From positions 128,001-192,000 of IMG/VR virus record IMGVR_UViG_3300033073_001153: 64,000 bases of DNA. The stretch is one strand, 5' to 3'. Positions 15,790-25,036 of the stretch are shown here, piece after piece. Below the pieces are notes generated by a model. That model saw only the letters and a program-made list of their open reading frames with translations, searched no databases and had not been told where the DNA came from. The stretch comes from a virus. Lineage: Duplodnaviria; Caudoviricetes. Numbering within the stretch: position 1 is the stretch's first letter; every line of letters begins with the position of its first letter. Made by a program: the position numbers and the translations under genes.

Positions 15790-16101
15790 TTAGTCAACTT
15801 TTTCTTTTTCCAAAACATCTACACGATAGATTGAATTTTGTGTTTTAAATCCATAATCGGTAATTTCAGTTACTTTAGAAGTAAAGAATGATCCAGAACA
15901 TTCTACTCCATTTCTTGAAGTTCTTTGTACTAGAACACTAGAACCCACAGTTGGTTCGTTCAATAAATATCCTTCTAACCAATATTCAGTGGGAAGTGAA
16001 ACGTCACCATTATCTTCTCCCGGTTTGTATTGATTGAAATTTGGAGTAGGAACTACGGGATTCTCTACTGCACCTAGTTTTGTAATTTTAACTTTTTTCA
16101 T
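15790..16101 (-). CDS. Hypothetical protein
   Basis: ORF in operon. Confidence 0.7.
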   Translation of the reverse strand: MKKVKITKLGAVENPVVPTPNFNQYKPGEDNGDVSLPTEYWLEGYLLNEPTVGSSVLVQRTSRNGVECSGSFFTSKVTEITDYGFKTQNSIYRVDVLEKEKVD

Positions 16102-16294
16102 TCGAACTAATTGTATCTCTTAAATTTTCATTTTCAAGTTTCAAAGATTCGATAGTATTTTCTAAATATTGTACTTCTTGTAATCTCTGAATAGCTTCTC
16201 TTATATAAGAAGAAATTCTTTCAAATCCGTCTAATTCTAGAAGATACACACTTTCTTCTAAGTCCTCTATAATTAAATCAATTTTTCTTCTCAT
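16088..16294 (-). CDS. Hypothetical coiled-coil protein
   Basis: ORF overlapping neighbour. Confidence 0.6.
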   Translation of the reverse strand: MRRKIDLIIEDLEESVYLLELDGFERISSYIREAIQRLQEVQYLENTIESLKLENENLRDTISSNEKS

Positions 16295-16483
16295 CTGAAA
16301 TAGAAAATGATGGTTCTATTGAATTGTTTAAAATTTCATATGTGCTTTCTATATTAGGAATAGTATATGAAATTTCTTGATTAGGTTCTTCGATGTAAAG
16401 AATAGAAGAAATAATACTGTATAAAGAAATAAAAACAATAAATCGTTTCATGTAGAGATTTATTGTTTTCTTTTGAAAATCAA

Positions 16484-16789
16484 CTAAAATTGATATTTCA
16501 TTCTTAACAACATTACTTCTTTGTTGACTTCATATTCTCTTAGATGTGATGTAACTTTAGAGATTTTATATATTGTATTTTCTATTTCTTTTTTTCGATA
16601 ATGTTCTTTTGGAAAACTCTCCAACATTTGCAAGTGTTCTCCTACATCATCTAAAGAATAAAAACTACGATACAATTCCCATCTTTTTCTTTTTGCTTTT
16701 TTAGAAGCCGAATAGATGTAGTAGATATCGAAAGTTCGTTTCTTTTCTTTTTTAAGATTTTCAATTATGTTCATTATGAATTTTTCCAA
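16484..16789 (-). CDS. Hypothetical protein (KxxLxxMKY C-terminal family)
   Basis: Ends YEVNKEVMLLRMKYQF. Confidence 0.6.
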   Translation of the reverse strand: MEKFIMNIIENLKKEKKRTFDIYYIYSASKKAKRKRWELYRSFYSLDDVGEHLQMLESFPKEHYRKKEIENTIYKISKVTSHLREYEVNKEVMLLRMKYQF

Positions 16790-17202
16790 CTATTTAAAAT
16801 CCAAGAACTAGAATTAGATTTATCTTCACCACCAACTCCAAAAACAAATTCTAAATTATCATCAATAATGTCCATTTCTGGAATATTTGTTTTTGTTCTA
16901 TCACCACCATTAGCAAAAATAATTTTGTCGTCAGGATAATAACTCCTCACATGACGAATGGCATCTTTTGCAGATCCGTCGTCATCGTTAAAACCAAAAC
17001 TCAAATGAACTGGTTTCAAATTTTGTACAATAAAAGACCTTTCATAAAAAGAAAGAAATTCTTTTCCTTTTTTTCTTCGGAGCCATTCATCACTGTTCAC
17101 TCCAACTACTAGTAAATCACCAAGATTTCTAGCAGCATTCAAATACTTAATATGTCCAGAATGAATAGGATCAAAACCACCAGTAGCAATAACAATAATC
17201 AT
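16774..17202 (-). CDS. Cytidylyltransferase-like nucleotidyltransferase (TagD/RfaE-II/FAD synthase family)
   Basis: TGGFDPIHSGH (HIGH motif), VGVNSD, FANGGDR, SSSWIL. Confidence 0.9.
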   Translation of the reverse strand: MIIVIATGGFDPIHSGHIKYLNAARNLGDLLVVGVNSDEWLRRKKGKEFLSFYERSFIVQNLKPVHLSFGFNDDDGSAKDAIRHVRSYYPDDKIIFANGGDRTKTNIPEMDIIDDNLEFVFGVGGEDKSNSSSWILNSWKNS

Positions 17203-17207
17203 AATTT

Positions 17208-18008
17208 TTAATACTTCTCCAAGACAAACCCAATAGGATCTAATTGATCACTATAATCAGAATTCTGTTTATATTCAAACCAAATTTTAAATCCGACTTC
17301 TTTAATAAGATTCTTAATTTCTTTCTTACTCATGATCTCTATTCTTTGACCATAGTGATAAGTTTCGCCATTCTCCGGCTTTTTGATGTAGCTAAAAACA
17401 AAACAACCACCGTATGGCAACATCTCGTAAATTTGATTCAAATACTTTGTGATCTGATTAGGAGTTAAATGCTGAAAAACATTACAAGAATAAAAGATGT
17501 TAAATTTTTCTTTGTAGTCTCGTACTTGATCTTTTGTGAAATTGCCATCCGCACCTAACTCAATTACATAATCTTTTCTAGGAATAATATCAAATCCAGT
17601 ATACAGGTCAATATCTAGTCTATGTTTGTCAATGAATAAATCTTCAAAAGATCCGTAACCAAATCCAATCTCAGCTATGTTGATGGCTTTGAATTTTCTT
17701 CTACAATTCATCATCGCAAACTCCATTCCTCCGTACAATCCAAGAAATAAAGGAATAAGATGATTTTTGTAGTTTGCTCCTTCAATGGAATGTGTATCAC
17801 CCAAATCAAAACAACAATTAGCTACAGGATCGGTAGAGAATACTTCATCTGCTGCTTTCCAGAATTCTTTCACATTGATTCTGTCTGGAGACAGTTGCCA
17901 TCCAATAACATCATCTGGACGTTTACCAGAGATTAAACAATTATGATAATCTTTGGCATCTTTCCACCCAACAGATTTCCAAAGATCAATGATTTGATTT
18001 TTTGTCAT
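17208..18008 (-). CDS. Class I SAM-dependent methyltransferase
   Basis: IAEIGFGYG, YTGFDI, NVFQHL, LPYGG. Confidence 0.8.
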   Translation of the reverse strand: MTKNQIIDLWKSVGWKDAKDYHNCLISGKRPDDVIGWQLSPDRINVKEFWKAADEVFSTDPVANCCFDLGDTHSIEGANYKNHLIPLFLGLYGGMEFAMMNCRRKFKAINIAEIGFGYGSFEDLFIDKHRLDIDLYTGFDIIPRKDYVIELGADGNFTKDQVRDYKEKFNIFYSCNVFQHLTPNQITKYLNQIYEMLPYGGCFVFSYIKKPENGETYHYGQRIEIMSKKEIKNLIKEVGFKIWFEYKQNSDYSDQLDPIGFVLEKY

Positions 18009-18009
18009 A

Positions 18010-18402
18010 TCAACCCACCCATTTTCTATTAATTTCTTTACTGTTTAGAAAGAAAATAAGTTCTTCATTCTTTTCGGAATACTTTATAGTGAACCGATAA
18101 GGTTTATCAACTTTAAATTGTTTTTTGTCTTCTCGATGCCTTGGAGGATGGTTTGTACATACATTTCCGTCATACTTTTCTAGTTCTTCATCAGCCGCAA
18201 CTGCTTTTAAAGCATCGCCACTTTCACTCCATTCCCACAAATCTCTCAAATATTTTCCATCTCCACAAGAGAATTCAATGTCAAAGTTTTCTTCTATATC
18301 TTCTACCGATCCACAAGCTTTGTGCAATTCAACGTAATCCTCTTCTTGATAAGGAGATAAAGGAAATGATAGATAAATGTCAAGTACGGTAGTTCTACTC
18401 AT
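18010..18402 (-). CDS. Hypothetical protein
   Basis: ORF in operon. Confidence 0.7.
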   Translation of the reverse strand: MSRTTVLDIYLSFPLSPYQEEDYVELHKACGSVEDIEENFDIEFSCGDGKYLRDLWEWSESGDALKAVAADEELEKYDGNVCTNHPPRHREDKKQFKVDKPYRFTIKYSEKNEELIFFLNSKEINRKWVG

Positions 18403-18453
18403 GTTTTTTAATCATTTTTCATAGTAATCTTTTGGATCAAATTCTTGTACTTT

Positions 18454-18693
18454 TCAACTCTCTGCTTTGCTATTATACTGTTTTTGGAACTCTTGAAAAG
18501 CATTAAGTGTTTGCTTCTCGCCTTTTCCATAGAACATTCTGCACATAGAATACAAGTAACAATCAAAATCTGAATAGCTCCATATGCCATCTCTCACATA
18601 TTTGAAAGCATCATAATCTCGAACAGCTACCCATTCTTCGGCTATTGATTGACCAGCTTTCGGTCCTTTATAATCTTCTGGATATTCTTTCAT
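18454..18693 (-). CDS. Hypothetical protein
   Basis: ORF with ATGA coupling. Confidence 0.65.
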   Translation of the reverse strand: MKEYPEDYKGPKAGQSIAEEWVAVRDYDAFKYVRDGIWSYSDFDCYLYSMCRMFYGKGEKQTLNAFQEFQKQYNSKAES

Positions 18694-18923
18694 TTGGTAA
18701 TTACTTTTAACTTTTCAATCCAATATTTAGGAGGATCGTATTTGCACTTATAATCAGTGTTTGGATACTCTTTGTCGATTATTGCTTGTGTTTCTTTTTG
18801 CCATTCATCGTAATCTTTCAGCAATTTTTTAATGTGCTTTTCAGCAATTCTTTTGGAAGAACAGATTGCTACATTATATTCATAACTCCAATTCTTTTTT
18901 TTGTGAATGGCGTATATGTTCAT
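18690..18923 (-). CDS. Hypothetical protein
   Basis: ORF with ATGA coupling. Confidence 0.65.
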   Translation of the reverse strand: MNIYAIHKKKNWSYEYNVAICSSKRIAEKHIKKLLKDYDEWQKETQAIIDKEYPNTDYKCKYDPPKYWIEKLKVITK

Positions 18924-19252
18924 TTGTTTCTAGTGCTGTTTGCTTTAATGAATTCGTATTGAGCTAGTGCTTCTTCCTTGGTAGGATGACGCTTCCTAAG
19001 CTTATCAATAACTAATTTAACTTCATTAGGAAGATCCACAGTCATAAACTCGATGCTTGCCTCTGGAGATACTACAGAACCGTTTCGTAGATTTGTGGCA
19101 ACCTGACTCAAAGCATTACGAAGCTTTGTATTCTCCTCTATCAAAGCTTCGTTTTCTTTTAGCAGACTAGAAACTGTATCACTTTCAGCAAATAATTTAG
19201 CTAATTCTGCTCCATCACTATTCGAGTCCATAGGTGTAATTTCAATGTTCAT
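18920..19252 (-). CDS. Hypothetical protein
   Basis: Coupled ORF. Confidence 0.65.
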   Translation of the reverse strand: MNIEITPMDSNSDGAELAKLFAESDTVSSLLKENEALIEENTKLRNALSQVATNLRNGSVVSPEASIEFMTVDLPNEVKLVIDKLRKRHPTKEEALAQYEFIKANSTRNK

Positions 19253-19638
19253 TAAAGTATAGCTGAATGATGTTCAAAATATTCTCTGCCATCCCATTGA
19301 CTAACTCCACAAGCAGAACACTTATTTCCATCAGTAATGTGGGATTTCTTATTTTCTTTGTTACAGAAAATATTATCAATAATTTTTATTTCAACTGTAG
19401 TAGCGTTTTCGAGCTTTTCTTCTAGCTCTTTAATCTTATCTGCTGCACACATAGCCAAACTCCAAGCAGTATGATCACCGACACAAACACCATCAGCTTC
19501 TGTAGCATTAGGAAAGTTCTTTGGATCATCTTTGTAATATGGATAGCCTAATGCTTTGCCTAAGATTTGTTCAATCTCTTCAATCTCTTCTCGATATTTT
19601 CTAAGTTGACCCAATACACCAATTCCTTCTTTATTCAT
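19252..19638 (-). CDS. Hypothetical protein
   Basis: Coupled ORF; LGKALGYPYYKDDPKNFP. Confidence 0.7.
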   Translation of the reverse strand: MNKEGIGVLGQLRKYREEIEEIEQILGKALGYPYYKDDPKNFPNATEADGVCVGDHTAWSLAMCAADKIKELEEKLENATTVEIKIIDNIFCNKENKKSHITDGNKCSACGVSQWDGREYFEHHSAIL

Positions 19639-20032
19639 TTTCTTTCTTCAGCTCCTCATACTCCTTAATATCTTCACAGACTGCTTCATATATAGCTTGA
19701 TTAGTAGTTCCGCATTTTAGTTCATCTGCCCACACAAACAACATATCAGCACAAGCTTCCCACTTCTCTCTCAAATAACATTCTTCTGCTAATGCTTTAG
19801 TCAAATCTTGCACTCGATCTGGAATGTTTTCTGGAGTGTGTGTAAAGATGTTACCAAACGGCAATACTCTGAGAGTGTCGTTGATGATCTGCATATACTT
19901 CTCTTCAATAATAGAAGCAATAATATTCACCATCTCTGGAACTTCAAGATACTTTCGGTATCCAGCTTCATCATTAACTTCTTTGATTTTTTGAAGAGTT
20001 AGTTCTTCAAGGTGTTGTCTGTTGAATTTCAT
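19631..20032 (-). CDS. Hypothetical protein
   Basis: Coupled ORF. Confidence 0.7.
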   Translation of the reverse strand: MKFNRQHLEELTLQKIKEVNDEAGYRKYLEVPEMVNIIASIIEEKYMQIINDTLRVLPFGNIFTHTPENIPDRVQDLTKALAEECYLREKWEACADMLFVWADELKCGTTNQAIYEAVCEDIKEYEELKKENE

Positions 20033-20328
20033 TTTTTATAAAAATTGTGTATATCTGTTTTTGGGTTATAATCAAAAACAATGTCGTAATCTTTATTATA
20101 ACCAGTAAAATGATTATCTGGAACTTTTATTCCAGTCAATGTTTCGAATTTTTCTTTTGATATTTCTAATTCTGGATCATGAAACAAAGTTTCTGCACCA
20201 AAAGTCAAATCATCTTGTTTGACAATTTTATAAATTTCATTTCCATCGTCTCCGCAATAATCTATACAATTTCCTACAAATTTATATGTTTCTGAAAGTA
20301 TAAGATTTACCAATTTATCAAATTCCAT
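20029..20328 (-). CDS. Hypothetical protein with capsid-targeting-like N-terminus
   Basis: MEFDKLVNLILSE. Confidence 0.65.
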   Translation of the reverse strand: MEFDKLVNLILSETYKFVGNCIDYCGDDGNEIYKIVKQDDLTFGAETLFHDPELEISKEKFETLTGIKVPDNHFTGYNKDYDIVFDYNPKTDIHNFYKK

Positions 20329-20336
20329 AAAATTAA

Positions 20337-20606
20337 TTATTCTGTTTCATTTTTCTTTGGCATAGAAGTTATTTGCAGATAACCATTACTACTTTCTAAC
20401 ATTTTACAAATATCTTCAACCTTTTCTTCAACCTCGTATGAACGATGACATTCCATTAAAACATTAGAACCTTTTTCTTTTCCGTACTCTGAAGCTGGTC
20501 CCAATCGACATATGACTGGAGTGAAACCGCAGATCTTGTCTTTGTTGAGATAAAGAGAACCACCTTTTTCAGGTCCATTAGCTATTGTTAGTTTGAGTAG
20601 ATTCAT
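20337..20606 (-). CDS. Hypothetical protein
   Basis: Likely start MNLLKL. Confidence 0.6.
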   Translation of the reverse strand: MNLLKLTIANGPEKGGSLYLNKDKICGFTPVICRLGPASEYGKEKGSNVLMECHRSYEVEEKVEDICKMLESSNGYLQITSMPKKNETE

Positions 20607-20607
20607 A

Positions 20608-20808
20608 TTAACTAGAAGCAATGTAATCACCAATATACCACAACATTGCAGTGAGTTTGTTGTTGTCTAGCTCTCTGCCTACATATGGATCTAGAATGCC
20701 TCCGATATCATTAGCCAATTCATCTTCAATTTTAAAAATGAAAGCATTAGCAATCTCACTTAGCTTTCTTTTTTGCTCTTCTGTTAGTTCGTAGTTTGAG
20801 CTTCCCAT
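20608..20808 (-). CDS. Hypothetical protein
   Basis: ORF in operon. Confidence 0.6.
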   Translation of the reverse strand: MGSSNYELTEEQKRKLSEIANAFIFKIEDELANDIGGILDPYVGRELDNNKLTAMLWYIGDYIASS

Positions 20809-20959
20809 AAATTAATTATCATATTATTTCACACAATTACAAGAAGTACCAGCTACGTACTTAATAAATTTTGCATGTAGATAAAAACCTCCACATGCAA
20901 TTACAACTAAACACGTTACAATAAACAATTTCTCTATTAGTTTTTCCATATCCATAATT

Positions 20960-21220
20960 TTAATCTTTTAAAGCTTCAATTGCTACATTATATATCTCAG
21001 TATCACACAACGTACACACTGCACTAATAATTTCCATATCCTCTTCATTTCGGCGCATGTCAGTGGTAATCTGCATTATAGCATTCATTCTCAAATTACT
21101 TGGTAGATCTTTCAAGGATTCAAACCATTTCTTAATAGACTTATCAGAATTAATAACTCTTATTAGAGTATTAATTTTATCTAACTGATAAGGAGTTAAT
21201 TTGTAGTTTGAATGTACCAT
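20960..21220 (-). CDS. Hypothetical protein
   Basis: ORF. Confidence 0.65.
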   Translation of the reverse strand: MVHSNYKLTPYQLDKINTLIRVINSDKSIKKWFESLKDLPSNLRMNAIMQITTDMRRNEEDMEIISAVCTLCDTEIYNVAIEALKD

Positions 21221-21270
21221 ATATTAGATGTTTGTCTAATTCTTTTCTTATGAAGTTATATTTCTCATGT

Positions 21271-21588
21271 TTATTTCATTCTGTCTCTCAGTTCTTCCAA
21301 AGATGTGAATTCGTACTTCACGGTTTCCCATGCTGCTCTTTCAATCTTCATAGCTTCTTTGGTGGTCAGTTCTTTTTCGTAATTAAACCAACTCAATGAG
21401 AATTTCTTGTCTTGGAATTCTTCTAGAATTACTGCACACCAACTAGATGCTAATTCTAATTTAGAGATTGTGTATTCTTTGCCAACCTCTAATAGTTCAT
21501 TAGCATCTTTTAGGATGTTTGTAAACCAGAAAGGTTGTGTAGTACCTTTAAAGGTAACTTTTGTTCCAAGCTTAGGCCACATTTTCAT
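21271..21588 (-). CDS. Hypothetical protein
   Basis: Coupled ORF. Confidence 0.65.
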   Translation of the reverse strand: MKMWPKLGTKVTFKGTTQPFWFTNILKDANELLEVGKEYTISKLELASSWCAVILEEFQDKKFSLSWFNYEKELTTKEAMKIERAAWETVKYEFTSLEELRDRMK

Positions 21589-22313
21589 TACTCTTTATCT
21601 ACAAAGTTTCCACGGAAACAGTATTTGCCGTCTTCTTTATATGTCATGTAAACAACTACATCTTTTGTCTTTGCTTGAAGTTTGAGAAAGATTCGCAATT
21701 CATAAATGTTATCATATTTTTGAATAAAAGTAGCTTCTACTTTTTTATTGCGAAACAAACCAACTGGACCACAAATAAACCCCTTGCAAAAAGAAACTAC
21801 TTCATCATCAACAAATATTTCTTTCAATTTAAAATCAAGATCAGAATATTCTTCGTGTTGTCGAATTAATTGATTCTTAAAATGCTCTATCGATTCTTTC
21901 CATTGTTCTTCAGTAACATCTGGATAAGAAGGACTCTCTACATCTTTAAATGTATCTTCAATTGCAGTAAGTTTTTCGGAAATCGTTGAAGCAAAAGTAT
22001 CTACTAATTGTTTATTCTCTGGTAAATCTAAACAATCTTTTGCTTCATAATCAGGCTGTCCATATTGCTCTGGCGGAACTCCAGAGCAGGTTTTAAAGAA
22101 TCCAAATGCTTCTTCTTGAATTAACCTAACAACAGAAATGCAATCATAAGTATAATTCTTAAAACTAATTTCATGTTTGATTCTAACATCTTCATCTGTA
22201 GAGCTTTTAATATCTACAAGAAGATCATTCATATATTTGCTCTTCTGTGCCAAATTAAACAAAAGTAGATTAATTCTGTCGTATTTTGACATATTTTGAT
22301 GTTCGTTTGTCAT
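21588..22313 (-). CDS. Hypothetical protein
   Basis: 241-aa ORF. Confidence 0.75.
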   Translation of the reverse strand: MTNEHQNMSKYDRINLLLFNLAQKSKYMNDLLVDIKSSTDEDVRIKHEISFKNYTYDCISVVRLIQEEAFGFFKTCSGVPPEQYGQPDYEAKDCLDLPENKQLVDTFASTISEKLTAIEDTFKDVESPSYPDVTEEQWKESIEHFKNQLIRQHEEYSDLDFKLKEIFVDDEVVSFCKGFICGPVGLFRNKKVEATFIQKYDNIYELRIFLKLQAKTKDVVVYMTYKEDGKYCFRGNFVDKE

Positions 22314-22357
22314 ATTAAAAGTATAATATATTTTTTGTTGTTTTCAAGTATTTCATT

Positions 22358-22669
22358 TTAAAAATTTATAAAAACTAAACCAGCTATTAATAATATCATT
22401 CCAATGATTTGAAAAATAGAAACACTCTGTCCCATTAACATAAATCCCACGAAATATCCAAAAGCACTAATAGCATCAAACCATGCTGAAAGTGATATCA
22501 AATTCGCTTTTGTGAATTTAATCAAAGCTAACCACAAAATTGTGTTTGCCAAACCAGAAATGAAACATATCCATATAGGAATTTCATTACTTAAAATTTT
22601 GGAATAAATCCAAGAACTAATTAAGCAGAAAACAAAAGTGGTTATTAAAATTGATACATTAAGAATCAT
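22358..22669 (-). CDS. Small 4-TM membrane protein (SMR/EamA-like)
   Basis: Four hydrophobic segments, C-terminal QIIGMILLIAGLV. Confidence 0.65.
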   Translation of the reverse strand: MILNVSILITTFVFCLISSWIYSKILSNEIPIWICFISGLANTILWLALIKFTKANLISLSAWFDAISAFGYFVGFMLMGQSVSIFQIIGMILLIAGLVFINF

Positions 22670-23265
22670 TCTGATTTAAATTTTTTCTTTGCTTCTTCTC
22701 TTAAAGAGGATTCGAATTTATCTAATTTATTAGTGATCGGAAGAAATAATCTTCTAAGATTATTACGAAGATCAAATGAAAATGTAGCTAATCTCCATTG
22801 CCAAGTAGAAGTAATTCGGTTCCATTCTTCTCTTTGCTTTTTATATCTAATAGATTCTTCTTCTAAGTTTGTTCGTTCTGCACTTTTTAGTTTGATTTCT
22901 TCAGCTAACTTTCCGTCTTTCACGTGTGCAGTGAAAGTAACAAATATTCTTTCTTCGTTTGTGTGATAAAAATCATAGAAATCAATATAAGCATTTCTTT
23001 GATCTAGAATCAATTCTGGTTTTCCTACAGTTTCTAAAAAACCAAAATTCCATTTTTTATTCGAATCTGGGGCTGATTCTTTGTATTTATACTCTTGCTT
23101 TTCCCAAGAGAAAGATCCGTCTTCTTTAATGTAGAAATTCGTCAAAGAATTGTCTAAATCTTTAGTTTGAAAACTAAAATAACCATTAAAAAATTCCGGA
23201 ACAATATCCGTACCTTCTATTGCTTTTTCTATTAAAGATTTAGCTACGTAAAAATTATCGTACAT
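22666..23265 (-). CDS. Hypothetical phage protein
   Basis: FQTKDLDNSL...FTAHVKDGKL. Confidence 0.7.
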   Translation of the reverse strand: MYDNFYVAKSLIEKAIEGTDIVPEFFNGYFSFQTKDLDNSLTNFYIKEDGSFSWEKQEYKYKESAPDSNKKWNFGFLETVGKPELILDQRNAYIDFYDFYHTNEERIFVTFTAHVKDGKLAEEIKLKSAERTNLEEESIRYKKQREEWNRITSTWQWRLATFSFDLRNNLRRLFLPITNKLDKFESSLREEAKKKFKSE

Positions 23266-23332
23266 TCCTATTTGGATAGCCCTATCTTTCTATTTAAGTA
23301 AATATTTTAACACATAAAAAAATAAAAATCAA

Positions 23333-23542
23333 CTAAAAACCGTATTTTATTCTATTCAAAAATAATTTATGTTCGTCTAAAATTTCACATTTAAATTCGT
23401 TTCTTAGTGAGAATTTAATATAAATTCCAAATGCAGAAGCGGTTTCTGATACATCTGAAGTAGTAATACAATACCATTCTTTTCCGGTGAATTGTATTAC
23501 GGCATTATAAAATAAATCCTTATTTATAAAAACATATTTCAT
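23333..23542 (-). CDS. Small protein (KxFLxxIKYG family)
   Basis: Ends ILDEHKLFLNRIKYGF. Confidence 0.65.
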   Translation of the reverse strand: MKYVFINKDLFYNAVIQFTGKEWYCITTSDVSETASAFGIYIKFSLRNEFKCEILDEHKLFLNRIKYGF

Positions 23543-23772
23543 TCGGGTTTAATTACGAATTCCGAATAATTTAATGCAAACATCATTGCTTTTCCTTTAT
23601 CTTCTACTTTAAAGCTTTTTACTTTTTCTTTTTTAGAAAAAGGACATAAAGGATCAAGAACTAAACCATGTTCTTCTCGCATTTTTGTTATGTAATCAGA
23701 AAGAGAAAGGTAATCTTTTGAACGTGGATCAGAAACTCTGTGTGAATTTTTAATAAAAATCCAATCACTCAT
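23539..23772 (-). CDS. Small protein (same C-terminal family)
   Basis: FKVEDKGKAMMFALNY. Confidence 0.6.
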   Translation of the reverse strand: MSDWIFIKNSHRVSDPRSKDYLSLSDYITKMREEHGLVLDPLCPFSKKEKVKSFKVEDKGKAMMFALNYSEFVIKPE

Positions 23773-24278
23773 TTTTTAAAATATTCATTCATCATTTTAC
23801 GCAAAGTTTGAATTGCAGTAGTTTGGTGAAATCCTACATTACCAGAAGTAGTTTTTAGTTTTTCCGCACATTCATTGTAATTAAAATCCTTAAAAAATCT
23901 AAGTTTTAGAATGTCACGTTGACGCTTTGTGAGCTTTTTCATGTATCGCTTCAAAACTTTCTTATAGACATTCATGTCAAATTCTTCACTAGGATTTCTA
24001 CTTTCATCCATTTCATCTTGATCGTTTTCGTTAATTTCACAAAAACGATTTCGTTTTGAAATGTATTTAAAACATAAATTTCTACAAACAACGAACAACC
24101 ATGAATCGAAACGATCTTTTAGATTTTCATAATCTTGTTTATATAGTCTTACAAAACATTCTTGTACAACATCTTGTGATAGATATTCGTCTTTCAGTAA
24201 ACGATATGCATATGCATACAACTTACGATATTTATCTTTATAAAGTTCGTTAAAAATCTCAGTAGGTATTGTATTCAT
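23769..24278 (-). CDS. ECF-type sigma-70 family RNA polymerase sigma factor
   Basis: Region 2 SQDVVQECFVRL...SWLFVVCRNLC; region 4 LTKRQRDILKLRF..NYNECAEKL. Confidence 0.9.
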   Translation of the reverse strand: MNTIPTEIFNELYKDKYRKLYAYAYRLLKDEYLSQDVVQECFVRLYKQDYENLKDRFDSWLFVVCRNLCFKYISKRNRFCEINENDQDEMDESRNPSEEFDMNVYKKVLKRYMKKLTKRQRDILKLRFFKDFNYNECAEKLKTTSGNVGFHQTTAIQTLRKMMNEYFKK

Positions 24279-24565
24279 AGTATATATTCGTTGAATCTGA
24301 TTTTAAATAACATTAATTTCTTTTCACAAATTGGACGGAAATAAGCAAATTTCCATGTAAGATAAGTTAATTCTAAACCAAAATTAGTTTCTAAAATCTG
24401 TTTGAGTTTATATTTATTCCAGTATGAAATTCCTAATTCTTCAGAGATCTCACGTTTGACTTTAATCCTCGTTCGTTTTGAAATCTTTTTCATCTTGGAT
24501 ATATTCTGCTTCAAAAGCTTTCCCACAATACTCACATTTCTTAACGAAGTCAACTTTTTCATCAT
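24275..24565 (-). CDS. Small protein (same C-terminal family); start uncertain
   Basis: Ends ICEKKLMLFKIRFNEYIL. Confidence 0.5.
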   Translation of the reverse strand: MMKKLTSLRNVSIVGKLLKQNISKMKKISKRTRIKVKREISEELGISYWNKYKLKQILETNFGLELTYLTWKFAYFRPICEKKLMLFKIRFNEYIL

Positions 24566-24643
24566 TCACTTCTAAAATATCCATAAAAGCATTATCGCAA
24601 TCCAAGCAATAAAAACGACAGAGTTTTTTCATTAAATACATAT

Positions 24644-25012
24644 ATGTTGAAATTTAACCAACTAATGGACGAGATCCTAACTGAATCAAAGAAAACTGTC
24701 AACGAATTTGAAAAATTTGTCGAAGCTCGCAAGAGTGGTGCGGATAAAATTAGAAAAACGGCAGAATCAAAGGGTGGACCTGCAAAGCTAACGGCAATTC
24801 ATTTCGCCGCCAAAGAAAAACCTTATAATCAAGCTCTACGTACACTAGAAAAGCCAGATTTTGAAAAAACAATAAAGTCCAAAGCAAACGCTCTAGCAGC
24901 AAGAATACAAGGATGGCACAAGATGACTCAACGTGAGTTTCAAGATCTGATGGGTCAGTTGGAGGCATATGGTGAAGTGTATTTAGAGCACAAAAAAAGC
25001 TCACACCGTTAA
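24644..25012 (+). CDS. Late protein with capsid-targeting-like N-terminus
   Basis: MLKFNQLMDEILTES; TAAATA at 24633-24638. Confidence 0.75.
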   Translation: MLKFNQLMDEILTESKKTVNEFEKFVEARKSGADKIRKTAESKGGPAKLTAIHFAAKEKPYNQALRTLEKPDFEKTIKSKANALAARIQGWHKMTQREFQDLMGQLEAYGEVYLEHKKSSHR

Positions 25013-25024
25013 GTGTGAGCTTTT
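24995..25024. terminator. Bidirectional terminator
   Basis: AAAAGCTCACAC/GTGTGAGCTTTT between convergent genes. Confidence 0.7.
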
Positions 25025-25036
25025 AAGTGATTCGGT

